From a virus (Duplodnaviria > Heunggongvirae > Uroviricota > Caudoviricetes), in the IMG/VR virus record IMGVR_UViG_645951848_000002: 64,000 nt of DNA; one strand, written 5' to 3'. The notes under the pieces were generated by a model, which saw only the letters and a list, made by a program, of their open reading frames with translations, had not been told where the DNA came from and made no database searches. Within the stretch, counting starts at the first letter, position 1, and every line of letters starts with the position of its first letter. A program made the translations under genes and the position numbers. This document shows positions 37,874 to 47,147 of the stretch, piece after piece.

Positions 37874-38701
37874 TTATATTGCTATTTCATAGTTAATTTT
37901 TTCTCCATATTTATAATTAATTACCTCTATATCATCTGGTTTAAAATCAAATATTGACTTAAAATTATTTATTTTTATTTTTGCTGGCTCAAATGTTTCT
38001 CCATCAACTTGCTTTATTAATTTATCATAATGTCTATCATAGATATGTACATTATGTATATTCCAAATAATTTCTGCTGGCTCAAGTCCACACTCAAGTG
38101 CTACCAATTTATGTAAAACTGAATATTGGAACACATTAGCAACTAAACCTAATGCCACATCACAACTTCTTTGTCTAACTTCTAAATACAATTTATTACC
38201 AATCACTGACCATTGTGTTAGATGAACACAAGGTGTAAGCGCCATTTCATGAAGTTCTTCAGGTATCCAAATTTCTGTCATAATTCTTCTGCTATTAGGA
38301 TTTTCTTTTAATTCATTTATTACATAATGAAGTTGAGATTTATATCCAAAAGTTTCTTTTGCTAATTGGTGACCATACGATTTGCCAATTGTTCCATCTT
38401 TTAATTTAAATTCATTCCAAAATTTACAACCTAATTTTTCTAATTCATTTACGTTGTTAGATTGAAGTAACCATATCCAATAAATTTCTTTAATTGCAGA
38501 TTTCCAAGGGCATTGTCTTGTTGTTAACAAGAATGCTTCATCATCCGAATTATCAAGTCTAAATTGATAACCTATATAGCTTTTATAATGTGCAGCTGTA
38601 CCATCTGCATATTTTGTTCTAACATTTCCTTCACTCCAAATTCCTTTTTCTGCTATTGTATCAACTATATTTTTATATATTTCATCAAAACTTTTTTTCA
38701 T
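37874..38701 (-). CDS. thymidylate synthase family enzyme (ThyA-like; uracil-specific, so dTMP synthase or dUMP hydroxymethylase)
   Basis: RRIMTEIWIPEELHEMALTPCVHLTQWSV matches ThyA RRIIVSAWNP.DL..MALPPCH.LFQFYV including the catalytic Cys. QRSCDVALGLVANVFQYSVL matches [20 protein letters not shown], with the specificity Asn conserved. Confidence 0.75.
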   Translation of the reverse strand: MKKSFDEIYKNIVDTIAEKGIWSEGNVRTKYADGTAAHYKSYIGYQFRLDNSDDEAFLLTTRQCPWKSAIKEIYWIWLLQSNNVNELEKLGCKFWNEFKLKDGTIGKSYGHQLAKETFGYKSQLHYVINELKENPNSRRIMTEIWIPEELHEMALTPCVHLTQWSVIGNKLYLEVRQRSCDVALGLVANVFQYSVLHKLVALECGLEPAEIIWNIHNVHIYDRHYDKLIKQVDGETFEPAKIKINNFKSIFDFKPDDIEVINYKYGEKINYEIAI

Positions 38702-38710
38702 TTATTCTCC

Positions 38711-39028
38711 TTAAATATTTAAATATAATTTTAATTTATTTTTAATTTCTTTTTTTATTAAAGTATTATTTAAAATTTCATACGTTAGATTTTTTTGATA
38801 TTTTGAATTTTTTTTATATTTTGTTATAAATTGCAATATATTTTTATAATTAGAATCAGATATAAATCCAATTAATTTATATGTTATTTTTTTATTTATT
38901 TCTGATATAAATTGATCTTGAGGAATAACTTCTTTTTCTTCTAATATTACAAAATTATATGCATCAATCATATTATTTAAACAAACATTTTTAATAAATA
39001 TTTTCTTTTCTATAATTTGGAATATCAT
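38711..39028 (-). CDS. small protein of the 'KLYxNL-tail' family (105 aa)
   Basis: C-terminus NNTLIKKEIKNKLKLYLNI. Confidence 0.55.
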   Translation of the reverse strand: MIFQIIEKKIFIKNVCLNNMIDAYNFVILEEKEVIPQDQFISEINKKITYKLIGFISDSNYKNILQFITKYKKNSKYQKNLTYEILNNTLIKKEIKNKLKLYLNI

Positions 39029-39040
39029 TTTTTGTCCTTT

Positions 39041-39394
39041 TTATAAATTTAAATATAACTTAATTTTATTTTTTGTGGTTTCTGGAATTTCATTATTATT
39101 TAAAATTTCATTAATATATTGTATTTTGTATGATTTAATAAAATTAGAATTATCTATTCCATCTAATATATTTTTAAAATCATTTTCATTAAAAATCCAT
39201 TTAACTTTATATTTGATTCTTAAGTTAGCATAAGAAATATTTTTTTCAATATCTTTAGGTTTTCTTTTTTTAATTATTAGTTCTGTTTTATCAAAAATTT
39301 TATCGTATTTTTCAATACCATTAAGAACTAATGTTGTAAAAAATTCATAATTTACATTTTCATGCTTAGTATATTTTTCTATTACTTTCATCAT
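39041..39394 (-). CDS. small protein of the 'KLYxNL-tail' family (117 aa)
   Basis: C-terminus NNNEIPETTKNKIKLYLNL. Confidence 0.55.
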   Translation of the reverse strand: MMKVIEKYTKHENVNYEFFTTLVLNGIEKYDKIFDKTELIIKKRKPKDIEKNISYANLRIKYKVKWIFNENDFKNILDGIDNSNFIKSYKIQYINEILNNNEIPETTKNKIKLYLNL

Positions 39395-39588
39395 ATAAAT
39401 TACCTATAATTTTACAATATTTAAAATGATAATATTTTTATAATTTGTTTCTTTTTCAATTTCTTTTTTTACTTTTTTTAATATTTCTGAATTTATTTTT
39501 TTTACATTAATATTCATTTCATAATTCATATAACTATTTTCTGATAAACATACAAATAACCATCTATTTTCTTTTCTCATAAAAACTC

Positions 39589-39936
39589 CTAATTTATTTC
39601 TATATTTCTAATTTCTTCAATATATAAAATTTCCATATTTAACATTGGTGTTTTTTCATTATAAATATCATAATTTTCTATTTTAAATTTTTCACATATT
39701 TCTCTTATTTCTTCTTCATTTAATATTACTTTTATATTTGATTTTTTTGTATTCATAAAACTTATTTTTTTTATATAACTAAAATCATTAGCATATTTTT
39801 TATTTTCCATTATTCCAACACAAGTATAATGTTTATAAAAACCAATAAAAAATGTATCTTTATTTATTTTTTCCTTATAAATTTCTAATTTTTTTTTATT
39901 TAATTTGAAGTTATCTTTTAGTTTTTTCATTTTCAT
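39589..39936 (-). CDS. hypothetical protein (115 aa)
   Basis: ORF only. Confidence 0.45.
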   Translation of the reverse strand: MKMKKLKDNFKLNKKKLEIYKEKINKDTFFIGFYKHYTCVGIMENKKYANDFSYIKKISFMNTKKSNIKVILNEEEIREICEKFKIENYDIYNEKTPMLNMEILYIEEIRNIEIN

Positions 39937-40162
39937 AATCCTTTTCTATTAATATATATGATAAAGTTCTTAAATATAGAGTAAAAAAATATATAATACT
40001 TAAATTAAAAGTTAAATTTTCTGGTTTAAATTTTACAAAATCAGTATAAAAAACTTTTATTCCTTCTATTTTTAACAATAAACCTGTTGTTAAAAGAATA
40101 AAAGGAAATATTTCTATATATATAATTAAAATTCCAAAAATAACTAAAATTTTATATTTCAT
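39911..40162 (-). CDS. small membrane protein (83 aa, 2 TM helices)
   Basis: Hydrophobic ORF. GC-motif copy 4 lies 13 nt upstream of its start. Confidence 0.45.
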   Translation of the reverse strand: MKYKILVIFGILIIYIEIFPFILLTTGLLLKIEGIKVFYTDFVKFKPENLTFNLSIIYFFTLYLRTLSYILIEKDYENEKTKR

Positions 40163-40174
40163 AATTAATCACTT

Positions 40175-40190
40175 CTCCGCTGGCGTAATT
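40175..40190. promoter_or_regulatory. GC-rich palindromic motif, copy 4 (CTCCGCTGGCGTAATT, inverted orientation)
   Basis: Lies in the 28-bp gap between genes, 13 nt upstream of the 40162 start and overlapping its SD-like GGAG. Confidence 0.5.
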
Positions 40191-40727
40191 TTAATTATCC
40201 ATCTTAAAATTTATTTTTTCTTGAATAAATTTATCATATTGGCATCTAATTTCATAATATCTTTTATTTTCAGCAAATGTAGAATTTAAATAATTAATTA
40301 ATTTATTTATAGTTGCATTTAATTCTGATAAAAACACTAATAAGTTTGAATATTTTTCATTATTATTCAAATCATTTCCAATAATTTTATTTCTTATTTC
40401 TGAATTAGATTTTTGAAATTCTTGAATTGTATTTATTGAATCCTGTAGATAATTAGATAAATTCTCAAATGATTCAATTTTAGTTTCTTTGTTATTTAAA
40501 TTTTCTTGAAAAACATTTTCGATATAGATGCAAATAATTGAAAATAAATTTGTTAAATAATCTTTTTCTAAATCTTGAATAAATGATGAATAATCTTTTA
40601 AATCTGATTTAGAAGTATTTACATTTAAATTATTTATTGCATTAGGTATATCATATACAACTGTTTTTGTTACTTTAAAAAATGCTTTTCCAACATCAAA
40701 TAAATCTTTAAAACTCATTAATTTCAC
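40191..40727 (-). CDS. hypothetical protein (178 aa)
   Basis: ORF only. Confidence 0.5.
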   Translation of the reverse strand: MKLMSFKDLFDVGKAFFKVTKTVVYDIPNAINNLNVNTSKSDLKDYSSFIQDLEKDYLTNLFSIICIYIENVFQENLNNKETKIESFENLSNYLQDSINTIQEFQKSNSEIRNKIIGNDLNNNEKYSNLLVFLSELNATINKLINYLNSTFAENKRYYEIRCQYDKFIQEKINFKMDN

Positions 40728-41298
40728 CTCTAGCTTTTAATATTTTGGAATAATATTTTCCATATTTTCCTTTTTTTACATTTGATAGACCTACATTATA
40801 AGCACTAATCATTTCTTTTTCATTTTTAGTATTATCTTTTAAATGTTTTATAAAAAGAACTGTATATTCTACTTGAGCATCTATATTATCTATTAACTCT
40901 TCAGCTAAATTTATTTTATTTAAATTATAAATTCTATTAACTTCATTAATTGCAGTTTGTCTTAATTGAAAAAATCCATAAGCATGATTTTTAAGATGTT
41001 TATCTCCAATTACATTTGTTTTATTACTTTCAACTTTAGCTATTGCTTTTATTAAACATTGATCTATTTCATATTTTTCGCAATAAAATTTTATCAATAT
41101 ATCTAATTCATTTTTTTTATAATATTTTTCCATTTCTTCTATTCCTATATTTACTATAATACTTTCTATTTTTAATATTGTTTTTTCTTGAGCTACAGAA
41201 GAAGATTCTTTAACTATTTTTTCTTCTTTAAAAAAAAATATGAAATAAAAAAATGCCACAAAAGTGGCAATTAATATATATATAAATTTATTTTTCAA
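40708..41298 (-). CDS. lytic transglycosylase (SLT domain) with N-terminal membrane anchor
   Basis: N-terminal TM helix (ILIATFVAFFYFIFFF). CLIKAIAKVESN...YGFFQL is the SLT catalytic Glu-Ser and GLMQ-like motif. ISAYNVG fits the AYN motif. Confidence 0.7.
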   Translation of the reverse strand: MKNKFIYILIATFVAFFYFIFFFKEEKIVKESSSVAQEKTILKIESIIVNIGIEEMEKYYKKNELDILIKFYCEKYEIDQCLIKAIAKVESNKTNVIGDKHLKNHAYGFFQLRQTAINEVNRIYNLNKINLAEELIDNIDAQVEYTVLFIKHLKDNTKNEKEMISAYNVGLSNVKKGKYGKYYSKILKARGEINEF

Positions 41299-41300
41299 TT

Positions 41301-41600
41301 TTATTCTCCTATTAACTCAAAATTATGTGTTTTTAGATAATATCCATAATCATTCTTTAATATTATTCCTTTAACTTTTATAGTATTATCTAATTTAAAA
41401 GAATCTACTATTTTTTGATATTCATCTATCATTTTTTCAAAAATAATCATTCTTTGGAAACCTTCATTTTCTAAAACAACTAATTTTTTTGACGAATCTT
41501 TATCTAAAGTTTCTATTTTTATTATTTTTCCAGTTATCCATTCTGTTTTACAAAACAAGTTTTTTTTATTAATATCTTTTAAATAATCTTCCAACTTCAT
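41301..41600 (-). CDS. hypothetical protein (99 aa)
   Basis: ORF only. Confidence 0.45.
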   Translation of the reverse strand: MKLEDYLKDINKKNLFCKTEWITGKIIKIETLDKDSSKKLVVLENEGFQRMIIFEKMIDEYQKIVDSFKLDNTIKVKGIILKNDYGYYLKTHNFELIGE

Positions 41601-41833
41601 TCCTCCTTTAATATTAATTTTACTTTAACTAACCTATTAAAAATATCTGAATAGAATTCTACTTGAACTTTATTTATAAAATCTTTAAGATTTTTTATTT
41701 CATTTTTATCATTTACATTAAAATAATCTTTTAATTCCTTTTCAGTATACTCTATTCTCCTTTTTCTTTTATTTTCGTTTTTGTTTTTATAGTAAATATA
41801 TTCAATAAATTCTTCTATACTTATATTATTCAT
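41597..41833 (-). CDS. hypothetical protein (78 aa)
   Basis: ORF with a 4-nt overlap. Confidence 0.4.
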   Translation of the reverse strand: MNNISIEEFIEYIYYKNKNENKRKRRIEYTEKELKDYFNVNDKNEIKNLKDFINKVQVEFYSDIFNRLVKVKLILKEE

Positions 41834-41842
41834 ATTATTCCT

Positions 41843-43093
41843 TTAAACATTTAATAAAAACTCATTTTTTCTACTTTCTTTTTTTAATTCATCAAGATTA
41901 TTTTCTATAATGTTTTCAACTTCATTTCCAGATATTATATAATTAAATTTAGAATCTGTTTTAATTATATAAATTTCTTGTTTATATCTAATACAAATAA
42001 AATTTTCTTTTTCTTCTTCCTTTTTTACAATTCCATAAATATAAGAATAATTTTCTAATTTTGTTTTCACTTCTCTTATATAATCATTATTTATTTTATA
42101 AGCATATTTATTATAAAATTCATAATGAATAAATTCTAAATGATTTGTTTTTATAAAATTATCAATTATTTTTTTATAATCAATAAAATTATAATTAGAA
42201 CCTCTTTTTATATCTTCAGAAGAAAATTCTTTATTTTTTATTAATCCATTTTCTGTATATATTTTTATTTTATATTTATCTATAGAATATTTTATAAATA
42301 TATAATAATCTTTATATACTCCTAAGAATTTTTCTTGAACTTCATCAATTTTTATAATAGGTAATAAGTATAAATCATTATTAGTTATAACTTCTTTTTT
42401 CTGAAAATCAAAGAATAAAAAATTATTTTTTTCATAAAGGTTAAATCCTTTATATTCTTTTTTTTCAATCCATTTATTAGTGTTATGAAAAGAAATTCTA
42501 TTATTTAATTCTATCAATGCTTTTTGTCTTTCCGATAAAAAGAAAATAGGATTTCCATCTAAATATAAATATTCAAATGTTTTTTGTGTTTGAAGCATAA
42601 AAACATTTTTAAAAATTTCTTTTATATATTTTTTAGAAATTTGTCTTTTTAACATTTCAACTAATTGTTGATAATTAATATTAGAATTATAATAACATTC
42701 TTCTAATATTAGTTTTATATCAAAATCTCTAGCAAATCTTGAAGTGTTGCTTTTAATATCTCTAATCATAATTGTTTTATCTAATAGATAAAAAAACGAA
42801 GTGTTATTATTTATAAAACAATTAAAAAGAAAACTTCTTTTTATTTTTAAATCTTTTAAAAAGTCTAAAAAATTAGTTACCTCATTTAAACTAAAGTTTT
42901 TTAAAGCCTCTATTAAATTTAATACATTTACTTTTTCTTTTATTATTAATTTCTTTTTTTCTTCTAAAAACAAAAATGTATTTGATTTTGTAAATGCAAG
43001 AACATTTTTTAAATCTTTCATATATTCATTATTTATAAATTTAGAAATTTTTTTATAATCTTCTTTTATAAAATCTAAAATTTCATATTCCAT
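41843..43093 (-). CDS. hypothetical protein (416 aa)
   Basis: Long ORF, no motif recognised. Confidence 0.55.
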   Translation of the reverse strand: MEYEILDFIKEDYKKISKFINNEYMKDLKNVLAFTKSNTFLFLEEKKKLIIKEKVNVLNLIEALKNFSLNEVTNFLDFLKDLKIKRSFLFNCFINNNTSFFYLLDKTIMIRDIKSNTSRFARDFDIKLILEECYYNSNINYQQLVEMLKRQISKKYIKEIFKNVFMLQTQKTFEYLYLDGNPIFFLSERQKALIELNNRISFHNTNKWIEKKEYKGFNLYEKNNFLFFDFQKKEVITNNDLYLLPIIKIDEVQEKFLGVYKDYYIFIKYSIDKYKIKIYTENGLIKNKEFSSEDIKRGSNYNFIDYKKIIDNFIKTNHLEFIHYEFYNKYAYKINNDYIREVKTKLENYSYIYGIVKKEEEKENFICIRYKQEIYIIKTDSKFNYIISGNEVENIIENNLDELKKESRKNEFLLNV

Positions 43094-43103
43094 TTATCCC
43101 CCT

Positions 43104-43301
43104 TTAAAATACAACAGTTATAAAATGAAAAACAATTATTAAACTTATTATCAGATTGATTCCTTGCAAAATTATATTTTCTAAATTCATACTAAAAACA
43201 TAATATTCAATAATGCTTATTAATAAATATAAAACACTAATAAAAAATCCATAAACTGCTAAATATCTAATTATTCTTATTATTAAATTTAATATAAACA
43301 T
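43104..43301 (-). CDS. small 2-TM membrane protein (65 aa); holin-like topology
   Basis: Two hydrophobic helices with a short loop. The holin role is speculative. Confidence 0.35.
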   Translation of the reverse strand: MFILNLIIRIIRYLAVYGFFISVLYLLISIIEYYVFSMNLENIILQGINLIISLIIVFHFITVVF

Positions 43302-43312
43302 TTTATCAACTC

Positions 43313-43726
43313 CTAAAATAAGTCTTCTAATGCAGTAAATGAAATAAAAACTCTCAAGACATATCTATTTGCAATACCTAAAGTATTCTTATTTTTGAGT
43401 TCAATAGATAGTTTTATTTCTTCTTTTTCTTCCGTTGTAAAAGTAAAGGTAGTAGTAGTTTTTATTTTTGAATCATTCTCTTCTTCTGATAAATCTCCTT
43501 TTACATTATTTATTTTTTTACCAATTAGCTTTTTAAAAGTTTCTTCTTTATTTAAAATATTTATTTCATTTAAATTATTTTCTAATTCGATATAAGCTAA
43601 TAAAAAAAAACCTTTATTGGTTTTTATTTTCAAAAATTCAATTGAATTTAATCCATCACTTTCTTGTTCTTCATTTCTAATTTCATTTATTTCTAAGATT
43701 TTTGTATTCTTAAATTTACTAAGCAT
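43313..43726 (-). CDS. hypothetical protein (137 aa)
   Basis: ORF only. Confidence 0.45.
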   Translation of the reverse strand: MLSKFKNTKILEINEIRNEEQESDGLNSIEFLKIKTNKGFFLLAYIELENNLNEINILNKEETFKKLIGKKINNVKGDLSEEENDSKIKTTTTFTFTTEEKEEIKLSIELKNKNTLGIANRYVLRVFISFTALEDLF

Positions 43727-43738
43727 TTTGATTCTCCT

Positions 43739-44251
43739 TTATATTTTTACTTTATAATGATTTTTATAAGAAATAGGTAAGTTTATTTTAAAATCATTAT
43801 CTTTTGCTTTTAAAAAATTATCAATATTCTTTTTTAATGTTTTTAAAAATATTTCTTTTGGAATTTTTATATCACTATAGAAACTATTTTCTGAACTATT
43901 TGAATATTTATGATAATTGACAATTTCAAAATCAATTCTAAATCCAAGTTTATTTAATTTTTCATCATCTGTTACTATTTTATATAGTTCATCTTTATCT
44001 ACAAATATTTTTATATAATCAGATAAATAAAATTTTTTCAAGATTGATGAGTTTTCTTGTTCTTCTTTTAAAATACCTATTATTTCATCATTATAATATT
44101 CATTAAATAATATTTCTTTACCTGTATTTAAATCATAAAGTTTAAATAATATTTCTATTGAAATAAAAATTACTTTTTCTTTTTCAATTTTAAATGGTTT
44201 TTCACTGATAAAATTATAAACACAAGTTTCTCTATAAAGTTCTTTTTTCAT
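43739..44251 (-). CDS. hypothetical protein (170 aa)
   Basis: ORF only. Confidence 0.5.
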   Translation of the reverse strand: MKKELYRETCVYNFISEKPFKIEKEKVIFISIEILFKLYDLNTGKEILFNEYYNDEIIGILKEEQENSSILKKFYLSDYIKIFVDKDELYKIVTDDEKLNKLGFRIDFEIVNYHKYSNSSENSFYSDIKIPKEIFLKTLKKNIDNFLKAKDNDFKINLPISYKNHYKVKI

Positions 44252-44263
44252 AAAATCTCCTAT

Positions 44264-44509
44264 TTATTTTAAAAAATTTATTAAATATTTTTCCATTTTA
44301 TCCAGAATATTTTCTAAAAAAGAAGATAAAGGAAAAGCTATTAATTTTATAATTAAAATAAACGCAATTACTTCAGCTCCTATTAATATTAATATGATGT
44401 TTGCAAAGTATATTTCCATTGTATTTTCTTTATCTTTGTATTTACCTCTAAAATTATTTAAAGTAAATAATAAAATTATTATGATTCTTAAACTAATTAT
44501 TGTAAACAA
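44264..44509 (-). CDS. small membrane protein (81 aa)
   Basis: Hydrophobic ORF. Confidence 0.4.
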   Translation of the reverse strand: MFTIISLRIIIILLFTLNNFRGKYKDKENTMEIYFANIILILIGAEVIAFILIIKLIAFPLSSFLENILDKMEKYLINFLK

Positions 44510-44521
44510 TCTTCTTCCTTT

Positions 44522-44860
44522 CTATTTTTCTAAATAATCTCTATTTTTTATTTTTTCATTTAAATCTCTAATTTTCCAATCATCTCCGTTATATTCAAAT
44601 TTAATTTCATTAAAACTATTAGCTTTATCTATACTGTTATAAAAATCAGAAGTTAATATATCATGAGAAAATGTTTCATATTTTTGTTCCATAGTTTCTA
44701 TTGTTAAATATAAATCTTGAATAAAATCTTCTTTATAACATTCTCCAAATTTCGCTTCTATTTCTTCTAATATATATTTAACAGAATAATATATAATTTC
44801 ATCTGTAAATATAACATCATTAATCTTAGCTTTAAATCCTTGTATTATTTCTGTTTTCAT
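44522..44860 (-). CDS. hypothetical protein (112 aa)
   Basis: ORF only. Confidence 0.45.
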   Translation of the reverse strand: MKTEIIQGFKAKINDVIFTDEIIYYSVKYILEEIEAKFGECYKEDFIQDLYLTIETMEQKYETFSHDILTSDFYNSIDKANSFNEIKFEYNGDDWKIRDLNEKIKNRDYLEK

Positions 44861-44880
44861 TTTTCTCCTTTTAATAATTA

Positions 44881-45153
44881 TTAGACATTATAATGAAATT
44901 TGAATTTTTCTCTTAATTTATCATTAATAAATTTAGAAGTAATTATTAAATTAATTTTTTCTTTTTTATTGTTTACATAGTAATTATTTTCTTCAACAAA
45001 ATTTATTAATTCCTCTAAATTTTCTCCAATATAATCTACATAAGCATAATAATCATAATTGTTATCCTCATATCCTTCTTTTACTATTTCAAAATTCATA
45101 TTATGATATGATCCAATTTTGTAATTATGACATTTCATTACTAATACTAACAT
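44881..45153 (-). CDS. small protein, divergent member of the 'KLYxNL-tail' family (90 aa)
   Basis: C-terminus ITSKFINDKLREKFKFHYNV, compared with LNSDLIDEKIKNKIKFCYNV. Confidence 0.45.
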   Translation of the reverse strand: MLVLVMKCHNYKIGSYHNMNFEIVKEGYEDNNYDYYAYVDYIGENLEELINFVEENNYYVNNKKEKINLIITSKFINDKLREKFKFHYNV

Positions 45154-45161
45154 TTTAGCTC

Positions 45162-45428
45162 CTAAATATTAAAATATAATTTTATTTTTTTCTTTATATT
45201 TTCATTTATTAGATTACTTTTTAAAATTGTATTTATTTTTTCTTCTTTAGAAAAACGAAGTATTCTTATATTTCTAAATTTTTTATTTTTTAATTTAAAT
45301 GGATTTTCTATAAATAAAATAATATCTTCAAATGTTTCATCAAAACATATTAGATAACTATTTTGTGTTTCTTTTGTTAAAAAAATTTCTCCATCAAAAT
45401 CACCATCACAATTTAAACAATAAATCAT
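45162..45428 (-). CDS. small protein of the 'KLYxNL-tail' family (88 aa)
   Basis: C-terminus LKSNLINENIKKKIKLYFNI. Confidence 0.55.
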   Translation of the reverse strand: MIYCLNCDGDFDGEIFLTKETQNSYLICFDETFEDIILFIENPFKLKNKKFRNIRILRFSKEEKINTILKSNLINENIKKKIKLYFNI

Positions 45429-45437
45429 TTTACACCC

Positions 45438-45692
45438 CTAAGTGTTTACATATAATAAAACTTTATTTTTTATATTTTCTGGAATTTCATCAGTGTACTT
45501 TATAACTTCACCAAAATCTTTTATACAAAGATGGCTAATTTTTTGATAAAACGAATAAGCTAGTAAAATGCTTTTAAAATCGTTTTCATCAAAATATTTA
45601 GTAACTGAAGATTTTTCAACATTTCTTAAACTATTAGTTGTATGAAATTCTACTCCAGCTTTTTCTTCATTGAAATTAAATACTAAATACAT
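45438..45692 (-). CDS. small protein of the 'KLYxNL-tail' family (84 aa)
   Basis: C-terminus TDEIPENIKNKVLLYVNT. Confidence 0.5.
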   Translation of the reverse strand: MYLVFNFNEEKAGVEFHTTNSLRNVEKSSVTKYFDENDFKSILLAYSFYQKISHLCIKDFGEVIKYTDEIPENIKNKVLLYVNT

Positions 45693-45694
45693 AA

Positions 45695-45970
45695 CTAATC
45701 ATCTCCAACATTAAAATAAAGTTTAATTTTATTTTTCATTTTTTCATCTATATTTTCACTGAATAAAAATACATTTATAATATCTTTTTGAAATATATTA
45801 TATGGTTTATACATTAATTCAGAACAAGTATTTTTACAAGAATTTATTGCTTTTGTAACATCTTCAATATTTTTTTCATCAAAGTTGTAATACCAAATTC
45901 CTCTTGCTCTTATATCTTCCTTAATTTCAATAATATACTTACTTATTCCATGCTTCAATATTAAAAACAC
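45695..45970 (-). CDS. small protein of the 'KLYxNL-tail' family (91 aa)
   Basis: C-terminus FSENIDEKMKNKIKLYFNVGDD. Confidence 0.55.
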   Translation of the reverse strand: MFLILKHGISKYIIEIKEDIRARGIWYYNFDEKNIEDVTKAINSCKNTCSELMYKPYNIFQKDIINVFLFSENIDEKMKNKIKLYFNVGDD

Positions 45971-45987
45971 TTTTTCCTCTTTTTAAA

Positions 45988-46248
45988 TTAAACATTATAA
46001 CAAAATTTAATTTTATTTTTTATTTTTTCATCAATTAAATCTGAATTTAAAACTAAATTTATTTTTTCTTCTTTTTTTATTGATAATATTCTTTCTTTAT
46101 AAAATCTTTGTTTTTCTAAATTGTTTATATTTTCAATAAATTTTATAACTCCATCAAATGTATTTTCGAACTTAACTAACCAATCAAATCCAGCTTCTTT
46201 AAAATCTACTAATCTATATGTATAATATTTACTTATAAGATAAATCAT
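45988..46248 (-). CDS. small protein of the 'KLYxNL-tail' family (86 aa)
   Basis: C-terminus LNSDLIDEKIKNKIKFCYNV. Confidence 0.55.
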   Translation of the reverse strand: MIYLISKYYTYRLVDFKEAGFDWLVKFENTFDGVIKFIENINNLEKQRFYKERILSIKKEEKINLVLNSDLIDEKIKNKIKFCYNV

Positions 46249-46257
46249 TTTATTCTC

Positions 46258-46518
46258 CTACAAATTATAATATAGTCTTATTTTATTTTTTATTTTTTCT
46301 TCTACAAATTTTGAATTTAAAAACAAATCTATTTTTTGTTCCTTTGTAAGTAAATTTCCTCTTATATTTATAAAAAGAAAAATTTCATTTAAATTTTTAA
46401 AAATTTTGTTTGGTATTAATTGAAAAGATTTATTATTTATCATTTTATATTCTTGATTTACAACTTCATATTCATAATACATTTTTTCTTTATTATGTAC
46501 CATAACTAATTTATACAT
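46258..46518 (-). CDS. small protein of the 'KLYxNL-tail' family (86 aa)
   Basis: C-terminus LNSKFVEEKIKNKIRLYYNL. Confidence 0.55.
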   Translation of the reverse strand: MYKLVMVHNKEKMYYEYEVVNQEYKMINNKSFQLIPNKIFKNLNEIFLFINIRGNLLTKEQKIDLFLNSKFVEEKIKNKIRLYYNL

Positions 46519-46794
46519 TTTTTTCTCCTTTCAAATTAAGATAAAGTTCTATTTTTATTTTTAATTTTTCATTAATAGATTCGCAATTTAATATTTGTTT
46601 TATTTTAAATTCTTTTCTAAAGCATCGATTATTTTCAATAAAATTAATAATAGATTCTAGATTATTTTCAAATATATCTTTTATATATTCAACCTACATC
46701 TTTTATCTTTCTCGGCTTCTAAATTTGATAAGAATACACTTTTAAAAATTTCACTTCCAATTTCTGTTTCTATATAATAATAACTATATTTCAT
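46514..46794 (-). pseudogene. frameshifted or decayed member of the 'KLYxNL-tail' family
   Basis: The minus strand reads MKYSYYYIETEIGSEIFKSVFLSNLEAEKDKRCRLNI*. In another frame it then reads ...ILNCESINEKLKIKIELYLNL, which is the family tail. No intact ORF of 60 aa or more exists. Confidence 0.55.
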
Positions 46795-46802
46795 TAATTC
46801 TC

Positions 46803-47147
46803 CTATAAATTAAAATATAACTTTAGTTTATTTTTAGTACTTTCTTTAATTTTTTCTGTTTTTAAAAAAGCTTCTAACATTAAATTAAAAAATTGTTTTT
46901 TATATTTATGTATTTTAAAATTTTTAATTATGTCTTCCAAATTATCATCAAAATAAAAAACTTCATTAAATTCTTGAATATATTTAAATTTTTCTCCTAT
47001 TTCAAGAATTATATTTTCCTTTTTTTCTGGAGTTTTAGATAATGAATCTAAAATTATATATTCTCTTCCTTTAACTTTTGAACTAAATATAATATTATTA
47101 TCATTAACTAGTTGTTCTGATTTTATTACTTCTATTAATTTAAACAT
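46803..47147 (-). CDS. small protein of the 'KLYxNL-tail' family (114 aa)
   Basis: C-terminus LKTEKIKESTKNKLKLYFNL. Confidence 0.55.
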   Translation of the reverse strand: MFKLIEVIKSEQLVNDNNIIFSSKVKGREYIILDSLSKTPEKKENIILEIGEKFKYIQEFNEVFYFDDNLEDIIKNFKIHKYKKQFFNLMLEAFLKTEKIKESTKNKLKLYFNL

